From Eledone cirrhosa (Eukaryota): DNA of 64,000 nucleotides. The stretch spans positions 89,776,001 through 89,840,000 of the forward strand of contig OZ024746.1 of the NCBI GenBank assembly GCA_964016885.1, in the 5' to 3' direction. Each line of letters opens with the position of its first letter. Position 1 is the stretch's first letter. The notes below the pieces were generated by a model. That model was not told where the DNA came from. It worked only from the letters and a program-made list of their open reading frames with translations, and made no database searches. The translations under genes and the position numbers were made by a program. Shown one piece after another: positions 43,742-57,858 of this stretch.

Positions 43742-46147
43742 ATGTGTGTATGAATACATACATATATATAGGTTAAGCTTTACGCTGGTGGCATTTCAGT
43801 AAATATAGCTGAAATTCACGTATCTCCCACATCTAGTCATTAAACGTCGATACAAGTATCTATTGCGGAGCGATCTATTTACACACGAGCTCAATGCATC
43901 CCCGCTTTTGCACATTTAGATTTTTTTTATTTCCAGTATATTTTATACATATATATTGTTAGTCTTACCTATTTGAATTTTCAAGAATAAAAACATTTGT
44001 TAAAATAGTTAAGAGTATATGTAAATTAAATAAGTATATCAACATGGGAAGGAACTGATCTATAGTGAGGAAATTGATCTATTGTACAGGGTGTAGTTAT
44101 ACTACATATATATATTTTCATAATATTGTCACTTATAAATTATGATAGGATATTAGATGTTCGTGTAGCTATGATCGTTTATCTGGAATTCAAGTTCTCT
44201 ATTTCTTATTGGAAACGGTATCAAGACCAACTCAAGAATCGCTCTGATAGTGTTAACGTATAATAATTTTCTAAATATGTTTGCAATAGCTTGTCTGATC
44301 TAATGACACTATTGCGTTCTTATACCCTGCAATCCTTCCCGATTTTCGTATATTCAATGCATATATTTCATATTTGTGTACGAATATGCGTGTGCGTTTG
44401 TGCATGTGTGTGATTTCAATTAATGTATCATGTGAATTACATCTCATAATTATTTAATTAATATTCCCGTGTCCCGTGTGATTATATATTGATCAGTGCA
44501 TACTTGTCGATTTAGTAGAAATTTAAGAGTAGGCTTCTCATAGTTTTATCGTCATGTGTTGATCATTGACTCGAGAGCAATTTCCGTTGAATATCTTGTA
44601 ACTTGAAGTGTAACGGATCATTGAAGTGGATTTGGTAATTGTGTAATGTCTCTACTATAAACATGCCGATAAATATCGATTTGCGTTCCCTGAGCTACTT
44701 TCAATTGCACTTAATCCCACTTATTTATTCGTTTTAATATATGCTTGAAATTCCCTATGAACCTTTCGTTAAAGGTGAGTTCTGAAAGTTCGCCTATCAC
44801 GCTTAATAGCGTTCGATCGGAAAACAAAGGCTTTTTATAGCTTGCACAAGTTTAATTACTCCTTATATGTGTTTTAAGATAAAACAGGTGCATAGAGTTC
44901 TATTCCACAATGTCTAATTGTAATACTTGAAATCCTTATACATTTCTACTCTCGAACATACACACACACACGCATATATACAAAGTTGTTCAAACATACA
45001 CATATTAAATGCTTCATGTCTCCTGTTTATAATGTAGGTTGATATGGAGAACATGATTAAATAATGTTTCATCATATTTAATGATGGTAATGTTTTAAAC
45101 ACTTGTTATCTAACCTCCCTGAATAATATCGAACATATATAATACAAGATTCCATATATGCACTTATATAGATTCACTTTCGCGCAGATAAACCTACCGC
45201 AAAATTTTACAGGCCCGTTTCCCTTTCACATATATGCTAGATAGTGTGATATTTAAATTTGAGATCGTATAGGTGAAACTGTCATGAAGTATAGATAGAA
45301 ATACAAACAAATGAAACTGTTGGCTCGCCAGATCCAAAAGGAAAGTTCACTTAAACATACTATGCTTGTCAAGTATTTAAATCGAAACGAATAGTTAAAT
45401 CAAATAGAGAAATGTATAAAACACGCCAATACGCCAGCGTGGAGGCAAACTGTGGCGAATGGTCAATAATTCCATTGCATCAGATATTGATATATTTCAA
45501 AATTGCAGTAGGAAATATTTATATGTTGGTCATTATTTAGAATATTTTCTGTAAATTTAACGTGATAGATGAAATAATTTGCAGCATTTGGTTAATAGTA
45601 TTGTTTAACATTATATGGAAACGTGTCTCTAGAATACAACACAAACATTTTAGAGAAATTGTTTTGTATGCAAGTACTAAAAAAATATATATATATTCGG
45701 GTGATATTCGAGGAATCCAACTAAGACGGTAATAAGTACTCATCCGACATGATTAAATTCACGAGATATGCATGAATAACATAGAGACAAGGACTCGACT
45801 TTGGGTCTGGATATAATCGATTAAATTAACAAACACATACATTGCAAATATATGTTAGATAAGTGTGAAATAACAGTTAGAGGTGATGCGCCTTTTGAGG
45901 CACTAGATGCTGTTAAGATGTCCGTTTCGAGAGTTAAGGCAACTGTGGTGTGGTGAGTGTAAATAACGTCAGTAGGATTGGAGGCTATGTGGCAAGCTGA
46001 GTATATAAACTTTCCTATTACTTGTTCGAATATCGATCTGCCTGTTACAATTATAATCAATGGAGTCCTACTCTTCCTCGCCATCTCCTCACTTACGTGA
46101 GCTTATAAGTATAGAGACATATCCAAACTCATATATATCTATATCTA

Positions 46148-46193
<46 letters not shown>

Positions 46194-46261
46194 TATTTTT
46201 TATTTTTTATTTTATAGAAGGAACTTCTACAGGACTAGTACTGTTTCATTCAGATGAAATC

Positions 46262-46300
<39 letters not shown>

Positions 46301-46723
46301 GATAATAGTGAGAGATTTCAGCTAGGTATCACTAGGTCACACAAATTAAAACTCATACTAAATAGATAGCAAAGTAGTATAGGCAACTATATTTCATATA
46401 AATATTATATCTACTGGACTAGAATATTCGTATGAATCAACAGCGAAATCAAATAACATTGCTTATTATCGTTATTTCTATTTTGGGGCGTTGGCTGCTA
46501 AGAGGGGTAAGGGGAGAGGATGTTTGCCCACTCCATTATCTTGCTGAATATGCATAGTCCCAACATAAATAACGATAATAAGCAAACTTATCTGGCTTTA
46601 CTGATTATTTCATGAGATTAAATCTTATCTCTCTCTCTCTCTCTCTCTCTAGAGAGAGAGAGAGAGAGAGAAACATATGATTTAATATATACATACATGT
46701 GCGCGTGTTTCTGTATATATATA

Positions 46724-46764
<41 letters not shown>

Positions 46765-46766
<2 letters not shown>

Positions 46767-48363
46767 TTTTTAATAGAAATACTATTAAAATGTTTTACTC
46801 TACGACTCCTAACCTTGCACGTAACATCACATCTTCAAATTTAGCTAAACTACCTAGCCGTAGGAACACGTGCAACCCTTAGTTAGTACTAACTGTAATT
46901 GTAGGAATCGGCCTGATTGCCCCCTATCCGGGAAATGTTTCTCTAGGGCCTACATAGGGTTAACCGCCAAAAGATTCATGCAGCGTCTTTACATGTATAC
47001 CCATTCTTTTCTTTACCCTCTAAGAAGGAATATGACGTCACTTTCAGCTTATATCTGGAGCCTAAAAGGCAACCAGACCCAATATTAATTACACTGGGAG
47101 ATCCTAGCTAGGGCTAGATCGTATAACGGACATAAACGACAAAGTGACATCTGCGCCGCTGAGGCACTGGAAATACTCTACGCCACAGACCACATCTTAA
47201 ACAAAAAATCTGAGGCAATTTCGGCTTGTAAACATAAATTGCACAAAACTTTCCTGTATTACAGCCCCACATTATACCCTAACGGATAGTACGATCTATA
47301 CGCGGATATTTTACGTCTTGATGTGGTAGCTAAGTATATGTTATGTTTATACCATTACTTATTTGCATAGGTAAGTATATATTACCTGTATGTTTTGTGA
47401 AGGAACGTATACTTTATATTAGATTGTATATGTTATGGCGTATATTTGATATATTCTGGTACATATGCTTTTGGTTATGTCTATACGTGAGTTTCGCGTC
47501 TGTGTGAGTATGCGGGTTCGTACGTATGTGGGGTGTGTGTATATGTGTAGTTCGTGTTTTAGTTGACGCGGTCTCCGAACATGTGTGTATTTACATGTAG
47601 GTATGTGTGTGCGCTTGTCATATACGTATTTATTTATATACGTTTATTTAATTATTTGTATACACCCACGCACACACACACATATTTATATGTGCATGTA
47701 TTTGTATACCTATGGCGAGTGTTTTCGCGTATGCTTGTGTATGTACGTATATGGATGCGTGTATGTATTTATTTTATTTCAATTACCTCTGTGTTTTATT
47801 TACTTTATTCTTAACTCTGAAGCGCAGAATCATTCGGTTTCCTAGTTAGAATTTTAGTCTACGACTTCAGTTATACCATTTACGTGGTTTTGTCTTTGCG
47901 TGCAATTGTTCTCCACGCTCCACATATGACGTATTATCTTCGTTTTTTTCGTTCATTGCCAGAGAACGTCTCTATAAACCACCTAATAGAATATTAGTCT
48001 ACGACTTCTTTTATACCATAAACGTGGTTCTGTCTTTGCGTGTAATTATTTTTCACCGCGCCAAATAATGACGTATTATATCCGTTTTTTCCCGTTCTTA
48101 GCCAGGGAACGTTTCCACGAACCAAAGTATCGTCTTCCTGTCTTCCTCCGGTTGCAACGTTTTTTGAAATATTCACTTCTGCGTTCACAGATTGACTGTG
48201 TTAGTTTGAGAAGATCCCGTTAAGGGTGAAAGCAGTGATTCTTTGCTCAAAATTTAATCTGTTATTTTAATAAATATTTGCTCTACGGTTCTTATATATT
48301 TGATATATATTTATCCTTATCGAGCCCTCTTTGGAGTTTAGTCTTCAAATTTATTATGATTAC
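46765..48363 (+). mobile_element. 5'-truncated Naiad-like Penelope element
   Basis: NCNCRNRPDCPLSGKC..AYIGLTAKRF..SLSAYIWSLK..ILNKKSEAISACKH; UTR with ~141-bp tandem repeat (47853 / 47994) and U3-A8 HHR-like TTGAGAA..GAAA-gca..tgc-TC at ~48203-48250. Confidence 0.85.
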
Positions 48364-48436
<73 letters not shown>

Positions 48437-48518
48437 TGTTATACTTTGGGACACACAGAAACAAGATGGCGTAGGACAGAACAAAGGAGAGGCACAAAAA
48501 CAAAGAAAAGAATCCCCA

Positions 48519-48561
48519 GTCACTGAAGAGGTCACATAATGTGTGACGAAAGAACTTTGAC
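48519..48561 (+). ncRNA. minimal hammerhead ribozyme
   Basis: gtca-CTGAAGA-g-gtcaca/taatg/tgtgac-GAAA-gaac-TT-tgac. Confidence 0.7.
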
Positions 48562-49279
48562 AATATATAAACAACCATCTGGTTGTGGAACCAACCAACC
48601 GGAAATTTATAAATTCCTAAATTTATAAATTTATTATAATAACTTGAAGTGAAAGCAACTGGTGCGTGTGTTTCTTATTGGCAACATGACCCTCCTACAG
48701 CATAACAATATCGGTTGCAACACACGTTTTCAGATAAAGAATCTTGCTAAACAAATTCATAAACGAAATATATATATATATATATAAATGAAAAAGAGAG
48801 AAATTAATGTAAGCAAGAAGCCAACAGGAATTCAGACATATAAGTGACTATTATGTCAAGATGAAAAATATTTAACGTAATATATGGGAAAATAATTCAA
48901 TCCCAATTCAAAACAAGTCAAGACCAGAACTTTTATCCACAGATTTTGTGTAATCTGGCGAAAAAAACCTATAGAATCTTAACTCAAAATAAAATTAACA
49001 GTAAATACTTACCCGTCAAATTAGAAAAAATGTACAAATGCACTATATAGTCTTAAAAAGACTACTTCACGAAACGTTTCAGCTGGGATAGTCACGTTTG
49101 TCATCGTTCAACATTTGTGTTCAACACGTTAACTACCGCCCGCTACTAAAATATGCCAGAGGGCATATGTATGTATATATATATATATATATCAACCAAT
49201 GACCTGCACCCATCCGACTCCCCACCCTCTCCTACCACTTGTAGAGACCTATAAATACCATATTTATTTTTTGATACCC

Positions 49280-49330
49280 AGATTCCTGATGATTTCTAAT
49301 GAATGAAACAGTTCTAGTCCTGTAGAATCT
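49280..49330 (+). ncRNA. type-I hammerhead ribozyme
   Basis: agattc-CTGATGA-...-GAAA-cag/ttctagtc/ctg-TA-gaatct, identical to the 14885 copy; partial minus-strand relatives at ~46224 and ~57743. Confidence 0.85.
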
Positions 49331-49342
49331 CATCTATATTAA

Positions 49343-49377
<35 letters not shown>

Positions 49378-49518
49378 CATACACACATATAGTTCTTAAT
49401 TTTAAATAATATTTCATCGGTAACGTCTCTTAGAAATAATAAAACTACCATGTGTATAATCGTCTACATCTATTTCAAACACTATTTAAAATTTATATTG
49501 TATGAATATGCCGTACAG

Positions 49519-49702
49519 AAATAATTGTTTCTACTTTTCACACAAGGCCAGCAATTATACCAGTGTATAACTGGTGCTTTATTTTATCGACCCCATAAAG
49601 ATGAATGGCAAAGTTAACCTCGGCAGGATTTGAACTCAGATTGTAAAGGACCGTCCTCTATGATGCAAAGCATGGTGTCGGACGGTCTACCAATACCGCC
49701 AA
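49519..49702 (-). mobile_element. near full-length OK-like SINE
   Basis: Family match including the tRNA head. Confidence 0.85.
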
Positions 49703-49859
49703 TTATAATTGGAACAGTCTTAGGGTTTTTGCATGGCTGAATCTCTAGAGATGATGATATATCGCACCTCTATGAAACACCATTGATTGAGGTTCTGATT
49801 CCACATCCTGCTGAGCCCTAAATGCTTTGAATCCTTAAATATACTATACAACTCCCCTA

Positions 49860-50070
49860 ACGCACTTGGGATGCCATCCCGTGCAGCCTGGCCCCAGACA
49901 GGCTCACGCGCCAGCTCGGGGCTCTGAGCTGGACAGCCGCATGTGTGAGCCCCGCGAGTTGGAGTGGCTTTTCCAGCGCGTCTCCCTTGCCGTCCTCAGG
50001 GGAAACGCCTTCTCCATTCTGTCCGCCGGGGCCGTGGGTAGGCACCATCGCGTACTGTTTTAGTTGTTGT
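49860..50070 (+). mobile_element. 3' end of a CRE-like (RLE) non-LTR retrotransposon
   Basis: GC-rich island encoding EWLFQRVSLAVLRGNAFSIL, the typical C-terminus of CRE-clade restriction-like endonucleases. Confidence 0.75.
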
Positions 50071-51990
50071 AGAAGAAACAGGAAGACAACAACTGGAAAG
50101 TTTGATTTTCTACTTTATCCTTTACTTCTGCACTGAAATATATATAAGATAGTTGGTAAACACTGCAACGGTCATGATCTTCTAACATCAAACACATATT
50201 TTGATATTTTGTTTAAATCAATATCTAGCATATGTAAGAGTTCGATTTTCAAGTATATTTACAACCGATTTATCAGTTTTATAATGCCATGAATACAAAC
50301 TATCTGGAGTTAAATCATTTAATTAAAAAGATCAACAAATGAAAATGTTACATTTAATAGAAATTCATGTAGATGAAACAGGAAATGTTATATGTGAAGA
50401 AGATCAGTGTGTATGAAATGTAAATATAACTGGAATTGCACATTGGATAGAAATGTTAATTAAAAAAATGTTTATCAATAAGGAAAAAAAGAAATGAATT
50501 ATATTTGACACTGATTTTCTGCTTTGTTAAATGCAATTAAATAAGAAAGCAATTACATTTCTACATAACCTTCTTGGAGTAAAATCAAACATTGCGTTAC
50601 TTAAATACTTCCAAGTGTTGGATTACTTAATAGCAATGGTAATATAACATGATTTAATTATTTTAATAAGATTTTTATATTAATGCTCCATTATTTTTAT
50701 TTTATTGAAAATCAACAAACATGAAATGAAATGATGCACGGAAACTTTCGAAAAGAAATTATATAATTTCCCTAGTGACGGGAAACATAAAAATAATAGA
50801 ACACTATTGTGCTATTTCTGGTGGCAGAACAAGCGGTTTTATGAAAAGCAAAATATCAACACGGTTGTTAACATTTTAAAAATCATACTGTTTGAAATAT
50901 TAAATTACTCCATAACTGCAATGCCTGATTGGTTCAAACTACTCCCTGTTGAATCAGGCATGTCAATCTATTACATTTATTTGTTGAAACTGACAATTCA
51001 GTTATTTTCATTAAACTGTGAATATCATATTCCATATAAGGTGCCCTCGTAAACCACACAAGCTCATAGCGCAATAATGAAATTGTATAATTAATTAAAA
51101 TTAATTCGAGGAATATGAAGTTTAGTAATAGATAGAAGACTAGGCTAACATCGTTAGAGGGACAAACAGAACTTTCATCCTGTATAGATATATAACAAAT
51201 GTAATTGAAAGTCTTTGTTGGAATTTCCGATGCTCTGTTTGGACTGTCCAATTCTTAAATAGAAGAAAATAATTGAGCAACAACAAATATGGGGTAAATT
51301 AATTTTTATTCTTGGGGATGATATTAGGTAAAGTGTAAAAATTCTTATAGCTCCAAATTTCTTCATGAGATGTCTGTTTTGGGGAGGAAATACAGTAACA
51401 AATAAAACCGAAATCTGTTTCTGTAATACTTCTTCGTAAATTGGAAAGTAAATATTTAATTACCCTACCTAAAATTATATAATACGTTACAACGGGTTAA
51501 TATGTCAGAAACTATTAAATCTACCACGGTTTATAACGCGTTTGGGAATATGAATTATTTGTTAAGATACAACAGTCGTGTTGTTTTTTGTGGTCATATT
51601 TTATAATGTAATTCTTTCCTCCCGGTTTGAGAACTTCGAGCCTTCCGGGTACATTCCTTTCTAATTTTGAAGTATATTACAATATATGTTAAGTACGGCA
51701 TTTCACTATGATATATATATATATAAGTATATTATTCTCATCGTAATTGACGATACGCCCTGATCCTGATTGAGTATGGTCTTTCTTTATGGACATTTTA
51801 AAACTGGCAGAATCAAAATGTCTCGTTACTGAGCAGATTAATACGAGAGAAGGAGAAAGATAGAACATATATTTATATTTCTTGAACTCTGTGTGTGTGA
51901 CAGGGAGAGGGAGAGGGAGAGAGAGCGAGAGAGCGAGAGCGAGAGAGAGAGAGCGAGAGAGCGAGGGAGAGAGAGAGAGAGAGTGTGTGT

Positions 51991-52069
<79 letters not shown>

Positions 52070-52384
52070 TGATAGCAAAGTAGAATCGACGCCAGTACCG
52101 ATTGGTACTATATCAAACTCGAAAGATTGAAATCGAAGATTGAGCTCGGTGGACATTAAAATCAGAATGTAGGTAACTGAAACAATTATTATGAAACTTT
52201 CTATGCAGTTCCCAAAACGGTTCTGGAGATTCTGCTACAAAAACTGATATATACAGTCTAATTGCACACAGACCTTATGCCACATTTGCAATATAGTTTA
52301 GAGATACTTATAATCGGACCAAATATCATGTCGAATACGTTAAAAACACTTTGCACGTAATATGAATTAATTGGTAATATAAGA

Positions 52385-52620
52385 AAGCACATGGCTTAGT
52401 GGTTAGAGCATTGGGCTTGCAATGTGATGTGTTGTTTCCTTGAGCAAGACACTTTATTTCACGTTGCTCCAGTTTACTCAGCTGTAGAAATGAGTAGCGG
52501 CCTGCCCGCCCAGCCAGTGGGATGGCATTATCTTATGGCTAAAACAGCACGACGTGCTGTGACCGATGGCGCCAATTGCCGCCCGACATACTTATCGGTC
52601 AAGGTGATAAGAAAGTACAT
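52385..52620 (+). mobile_element. CORE-type SINE with deleted B-box region
   Basis: TGGCTTAGTGG A-box; CCTTGAGCAAGACACTTTATTTCACGTTGCTCCAGTTTACTCAGCTG. Confidence 0.75.
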
Positions 52621-52921
52621 GTTGCTACATGAATTATAATGAATGTAGTAGCATATGAAGACGGCTGAGCATTACAGGCGTACCGGCCTCAGCCAATATA
52701 TTCTATTGAGTTCTCACATACACCGTAGAGAACGCATATTAAGCACAAGTATAAAGAAAATTCATCACTAAGACGTGGACTATGTCCATTGTTATTAGAT
52801 ATGTTCGTAGTAAAATCGCTCTTGGTAAAATGTCCTCCCTACAAAAGCTCTCCTTACTTCCTTGTTTTCTGTGCAACTTACATAAATTATAATATTTCTA
52901 GTTTGAAAACTATATATATAT

Positions 52922-53927
52922 ATAATAGAAAGTGACGTTTTTTTACAAAATGAAAAATAGCCGAGGTGTCCTACACGAGTGAAAGTATAAAGAAAAAAAG
53001 ATGAAATCGAAAATCACCTGGAGTCTTATTTAAAAAGAAAATATATATTTATTTGGTTCCTTTACCGGTTTCGCAGTTCTTCTGCTTTTCAAAAGTAGAG
53101 TTGAGATGGAGGGTCTGTGGTTTTTCTCACATCTGGTTGGTCTTTGAATGTTACTTGTTTTATATTGAAAAAAGTGGCTCGAAACGCCAGGTTTTTATCG
53201 AAGTAATTTGATTGGTTAGTCAATAAGTATAATAAATTTCGCGCCAGTTCGCGTTAGAAAGTTCTTCAAACAAGGGGGGGGGGGGGCTCAGGTTTGAATT
53301 TCTTTTTACTTAAAAAAGGGGACAGACGAAGGCTTTAAAAAAAAATGTAATTTGATTGTTTATAAATGAAATTACGGCTGTCACGTGAACAAGTTCATTA
53401 AATCGCGCGCGTATTTGGGAATTTACTTTGTAGCCTTTTAGAGAATTGTATGACAATAAAAAAAGTGGCTCACGAAGGCGTTTTCTTAAAAAATACGGGC
53501 GCGAAATTTAATGAACTTGTTCACGTGACAGCCATAATTTCATTTATAACCAATCAAATTACAATAAAAAAAAGCCTTCGTGAGCCCACTTTTTTAAGTA
53601 AAAAGAAATTCAAACACTCATATATGAAAAAAACAAACTGAGTTCCCCCCCCTTGTTTGAAGAACTTTGTAACGCGAACTGGCGCGAAATTTATTATATT
53701 TAGTGACCAACCAATTAAATTACTTCTCTAAAAACCTGCCGTTTCGAGCCACTTTTTTCCATATAAAACAAGTAACATTCAAAGACCAACCAGATGTGAG
53801 AAAAACCACAGACCCTCCATCTCAAATCTACTTTTGAAAAGCAGAAGAACTGCGAAACTGGTAAAGGAACCCGATAAATATATATATTTTATTAAAAATA
53901 AGACTCCAGTTGCATTTTCGATTTCAT
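52922..53927. repeat. ~410-bp inverted pLTR pair (53001-53410 / 53489-53927) with U3-A8 HHR
   Basis: Arms are reverse complements; ctt-TTGAAAA-gcag/aagaa/ctgc-GAAA-ctgg-TA-aag at ~53831-53866; related to 60320-60620. Confidence 0.82.
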
Positions 53928-54289
53928 ATGTCATATTATATCTTCATCACATATTTGCTTCGCTCTCCTGCATTCTCCTATTCATCATATCTTCCTCTAT
54001 TGATCTATATCCTCTCATGTCTGCACTCTTATTGATGTTGTATTCAACTTCAATTATCCTAGGTGCTTCTTTTCTTTATTCCCACAGATATCAATGTCTT
54101 TGGTGCGCATAGTGTCAATAGTTGTAAAGCTAATATCATTGATTATGCTGGAAAACGTGTTTTATCACGATCACGACATCAATGATAAATCCATTGATAT
54201 TTTTCTTGTGTTTAATCTTAGCATGTGGTCTTAATCTGCAGATGCATCACTTTATATGAGATTGTAATGAAAGTTCTGTCTGGTTTTTA

Positions 54290-54705
54290 AGGATCAATAA
54301 AACAGTAACAAATCACAATATGAGATGTATTTAATTGTTACTGTAGTCACCATTCTTCTCAATGGCCACTCACTCTCTGTCAACAATCTTTGCAATGCTA
54401 CGTGCATAGATTTCATTAGATTCTGAGCTAAAAATGAAACTAACAGACTTTCGACTTCTTCATTGGAAGTAACTTCTAATCCACTCAAATGATGTTGCAT
54501 ACTTCTAAGCTGATGGGAATCAGTTGGCATGATATCCGGAGAATATTGTGAGTGACGCATAATTCCCAGGCATATTGCTCTAGCTGAACCGCGGTTTTTT
54601 GTGCAGTGGGTGTCTAATGATATTGTGATGAAGGATTACTTCTTTTCTTTTTGTTAATAAAGGGCGATTATGCAGCGAAACTGCTTTCTTAGTTGCTGGC
54701 AAGAG
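54290..54705 (-). mobile_element. mariner (DD34D-type) transposase remnant
   Basis: KRKEVILHHNII..HP and HSQYSPDIMPTDSHQLRSMQHHL, resembling VILLHDNARPH and YSPDLAPSDYHLF. Confidence 0.75.
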
Positions 54706-54729
54706 ACTTTGGATGTTATGGTTTGATAA

Positions 54730-55015
54730 CGGCCTAGCAGCTTGCTCTGAATTACTCACCGCATATCCCACCATTTACTAATAATAATCCTTTTCGGTTG
54801 CATGCCATTGCTGTGTTGCTGAGCTGCTGATTCCCCACGACATCCTTGCTTAACATATTTGAATAATCCCATCTCCCATACTGACTCTGTTGAAAGGAGT
54901 CAAGGGATCCAGCCTGATCAATTGGAGATGATTGTTTCTGAGAGGACCCGCTGGAAGGAGTATTTGAGGACTCCACTCCCACCACCCTCTCAGGAATAAG
55001 TTGACGAAGACGAAG
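54730..55015 (+). mobile_element. possible 3' end of an RTE-like LINE
   Basis: TDSVERSQGIQPDQLEMIVSERTRWKEYL followed by a gacgaa-repeat tail. Confidence 0.35.
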
Positions 55016-55118
55016 TTATATTGGACACTACATCGCTACATTTAGACACATGTGAGATGATTAGTCTGGAAGGCATTTTGTCCTGATTTTACTTGCGCAA
55101 CGTTAATGAAAACAAAAG

Positions 55119-55192
<74 letters not shown>

Positions 55193-55234
55193 AGTATGTA
55201 AGAGTGAGAAATGAAATTACATTTCATTCTATTC

Positions 55235-55278
<44 letters not shown>

Positions 55279-55451
55279 AATGAATAATAACAGGTAGACA
55301 TCATAAAAAGGTAATTTATTCCGTGTGCTTACAAGTCTTTCCACGGTGGTACTACAGCCTAGTTATGCTATGTGCAAATTCACAAGTACTTGCAGAACTC
55401 AAATATCCAATGCTGTGACCACTGTTTCCTCAGAGCAGGATAATCCTATAC

Positions 55452-55518
<67 letters not shown>

Positions 55519-56082
55519 ATATATATGCGGCATACCCTGTAAATTGAAACGACTTCGTTTTGCAGCGTGGTGCGAGAGATTTGATTTCTGGGCACCGTGA
55601 AACCCTCAACTGCATCTTCATAACGTTCTAGCTTATTCGTCGCATCTACTAAAGGAAGACATTAAGCTCATTCGACAGGCTCTCCATTCTCCGGGCCAGG
55701 GTTAGTTTGACTTCCTCACATTCTCCACAATGAATATGACAGAAATATTACTCTTTTGAGAAAGGAGATGACAACATATGGAACAGTACGGCAGAGCACC
55801 AATCAATTCCAGAAAACGTATCCCAGATAGGCTTCGAACACTGGAAAGATGACTGACATAAAAGACTGAAGTAAATGTCTAAGTCTGTCTCTCTCTAGCC
55901 CATAAGCTCATCATGCCGATGGTTATCCCGTTTTCGACGTCGTTTACTGACTAAGATTAAGCTGCGGTTAAAAAGCTCCTATTTCAAAGGAGAATAGAAA
56001 TGAAACGCACCAAATGTATCCTTTCTTCCTTAGTATAAGTTCAGTCACTCCTTTTAATGAACTTGTTGATGTAGATATATAT

Positions 56083-56233
56083 AACAAAATGGGTGTGGTA
56101 AGATATTGGGTGGACCATAAGGCACCAGATTACTCAATGATTAGGGCAGTAGAGTAGGTCATAGGAAGAGAATCAGGATCCCGACGGTTGACCTTCGTTT
56201 CGACAGCTGGAGCCGAACTTCGGATCTGACTTT

Positions 56234-56235
<2 letters not shown>
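56083..56235 (-). mobile_element. PLE 3' stub with HHR 3' half
   Basis: Minus strand GAAA-cg..cg-TC-ggga..ctctactgccctaatcattgagtaatctggtgccttatggtcc, a diverged relative of the 30030-30124 tail. Confidence 0.7.
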
Positions 56236-56314
<79 letters not shown>

Positions 56315-56877
56315 CTTATTCAATTGTTAGTAACATTTGACAGATTGGGTTTGATATTTATTGGCCATGTCGCATGAAGAAACATTAACGAAGAAGTAAA
56401 CATGCTTAGATAAATAGAACAAATACCTATAAGATGTCTACAAGACAGGATCTATAATTTTATAGTATGAATTAAAAAGAAAAATAATAACAGCAAACAA
56501 GATTAATTTTAGCCTTCAAATCAAACTCGACTTGTCTTCAACTGTTTTTAGCTAAAAATGTATCATTCTCTCAAATAAAGAAAATACAAAATACAAGAAG
56601 TATTAAAAAGTTAGATATGATTTAAATTATACCAAGTTATAACTAAAAATGGTGTCAGTTTATATGTTGTATTGAATATCAAAGTACCAAAAAAGAGGCG
56701 AATTCCATTAAGGTATATAAATACATTGCAACTTCGATCACAATGTAGACCATATAATGTATCAATTTCGTTGTCTAATATGTCTTTATATACCCCTTAC
56801 GTATTTCCAATACTATTATGTCAATTGTTTGTATATTAAGTGTACAAGTATGTTGAATATTCTCAGTGGTACTAGTA

Positions 56878-57013
<136 letters not shown>

Positions 57014-57046
57014 ATATATGTATATATGAATATATATATATATATA

Positions 57047-57235
57047 GCGAAGGAAAAGTGGTAAGGAACCAAGTGGACCATAACGCACCAAAGTACTCAA
57101 TACTTAGGGTAGTAGAGTGGGTAATAGGAGTAAGTAAGACCCCGACGGCTGAGCTCAAGCCGTTTCGACGGCTAATACAGAATTAGCCGTCGAAACGGCT
57201 TGAGCTCAGCCGTCGGGGTCTTACTTACTCCTATA
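57047..57235. repeat. PLE tail plus fold-back centred in the HHR helix II loop
   Basis: 57126-57176 mirrors 57182-57234 (GAAA-cggc/ttgagctca/gccg-TC-gggg in each arm); between (TA)n tracts. Confidence 0.85.
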
Positions 57236-57290
57236 TATATATATATATATATATATGGTTTTATAAATATAGTTTCCATTTATTTAATAT

Positions 57291-57392
<102 letters not shown>

Positions 57393-57613
57393 ATTATATA
57401 TATGAGTGGGATGAACACAAATTTAACTATACATGTGTTCAAATTTTAAATGACCAAGTTAGCTAGGTTGAAAAATAGTAATTTAAAACAATATAGGTTG
57501 CCTGACTCGATTTAACATAATAAATCAATAAAAATAATCTTATTTTATTTTTCATATGTTGATTTAACACTTCACTGCTCGCAAGTTTTTTTAAGCTTCA
57601 TATCATGTCTCCC

Positions 57614-57685
57614 TATTTTATCTGATGAGAACGCAATTATCATCCCATGATTATAATATGTTTTTGAAATGGGCATAATAAAATA
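57614..57685 (+). ncRNA. type-I hammerhead ribozyme
   Basis: tattttat-CTGATGA-gaacgc...atgtttt-t-GAAA-tgggca-TA-ataaaata. Confidence 0.78.
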
Positions 57686-57776
57686 CTCCTTTAACCATCT
57701 TTTGATTTTATATTATATATATATATACATATATAGAAGAGCTTCTACATGACTAGAACTATTTCATTCGTGAGAA

Positions 57777-57858
<82 letters not shown>

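Noticed and set aside
49860-50063. GC-rich island as host exon or horizontal transfer
   Set aside because: The QRVSLAVLRGNA motif identifies a CRE-like LINE end.
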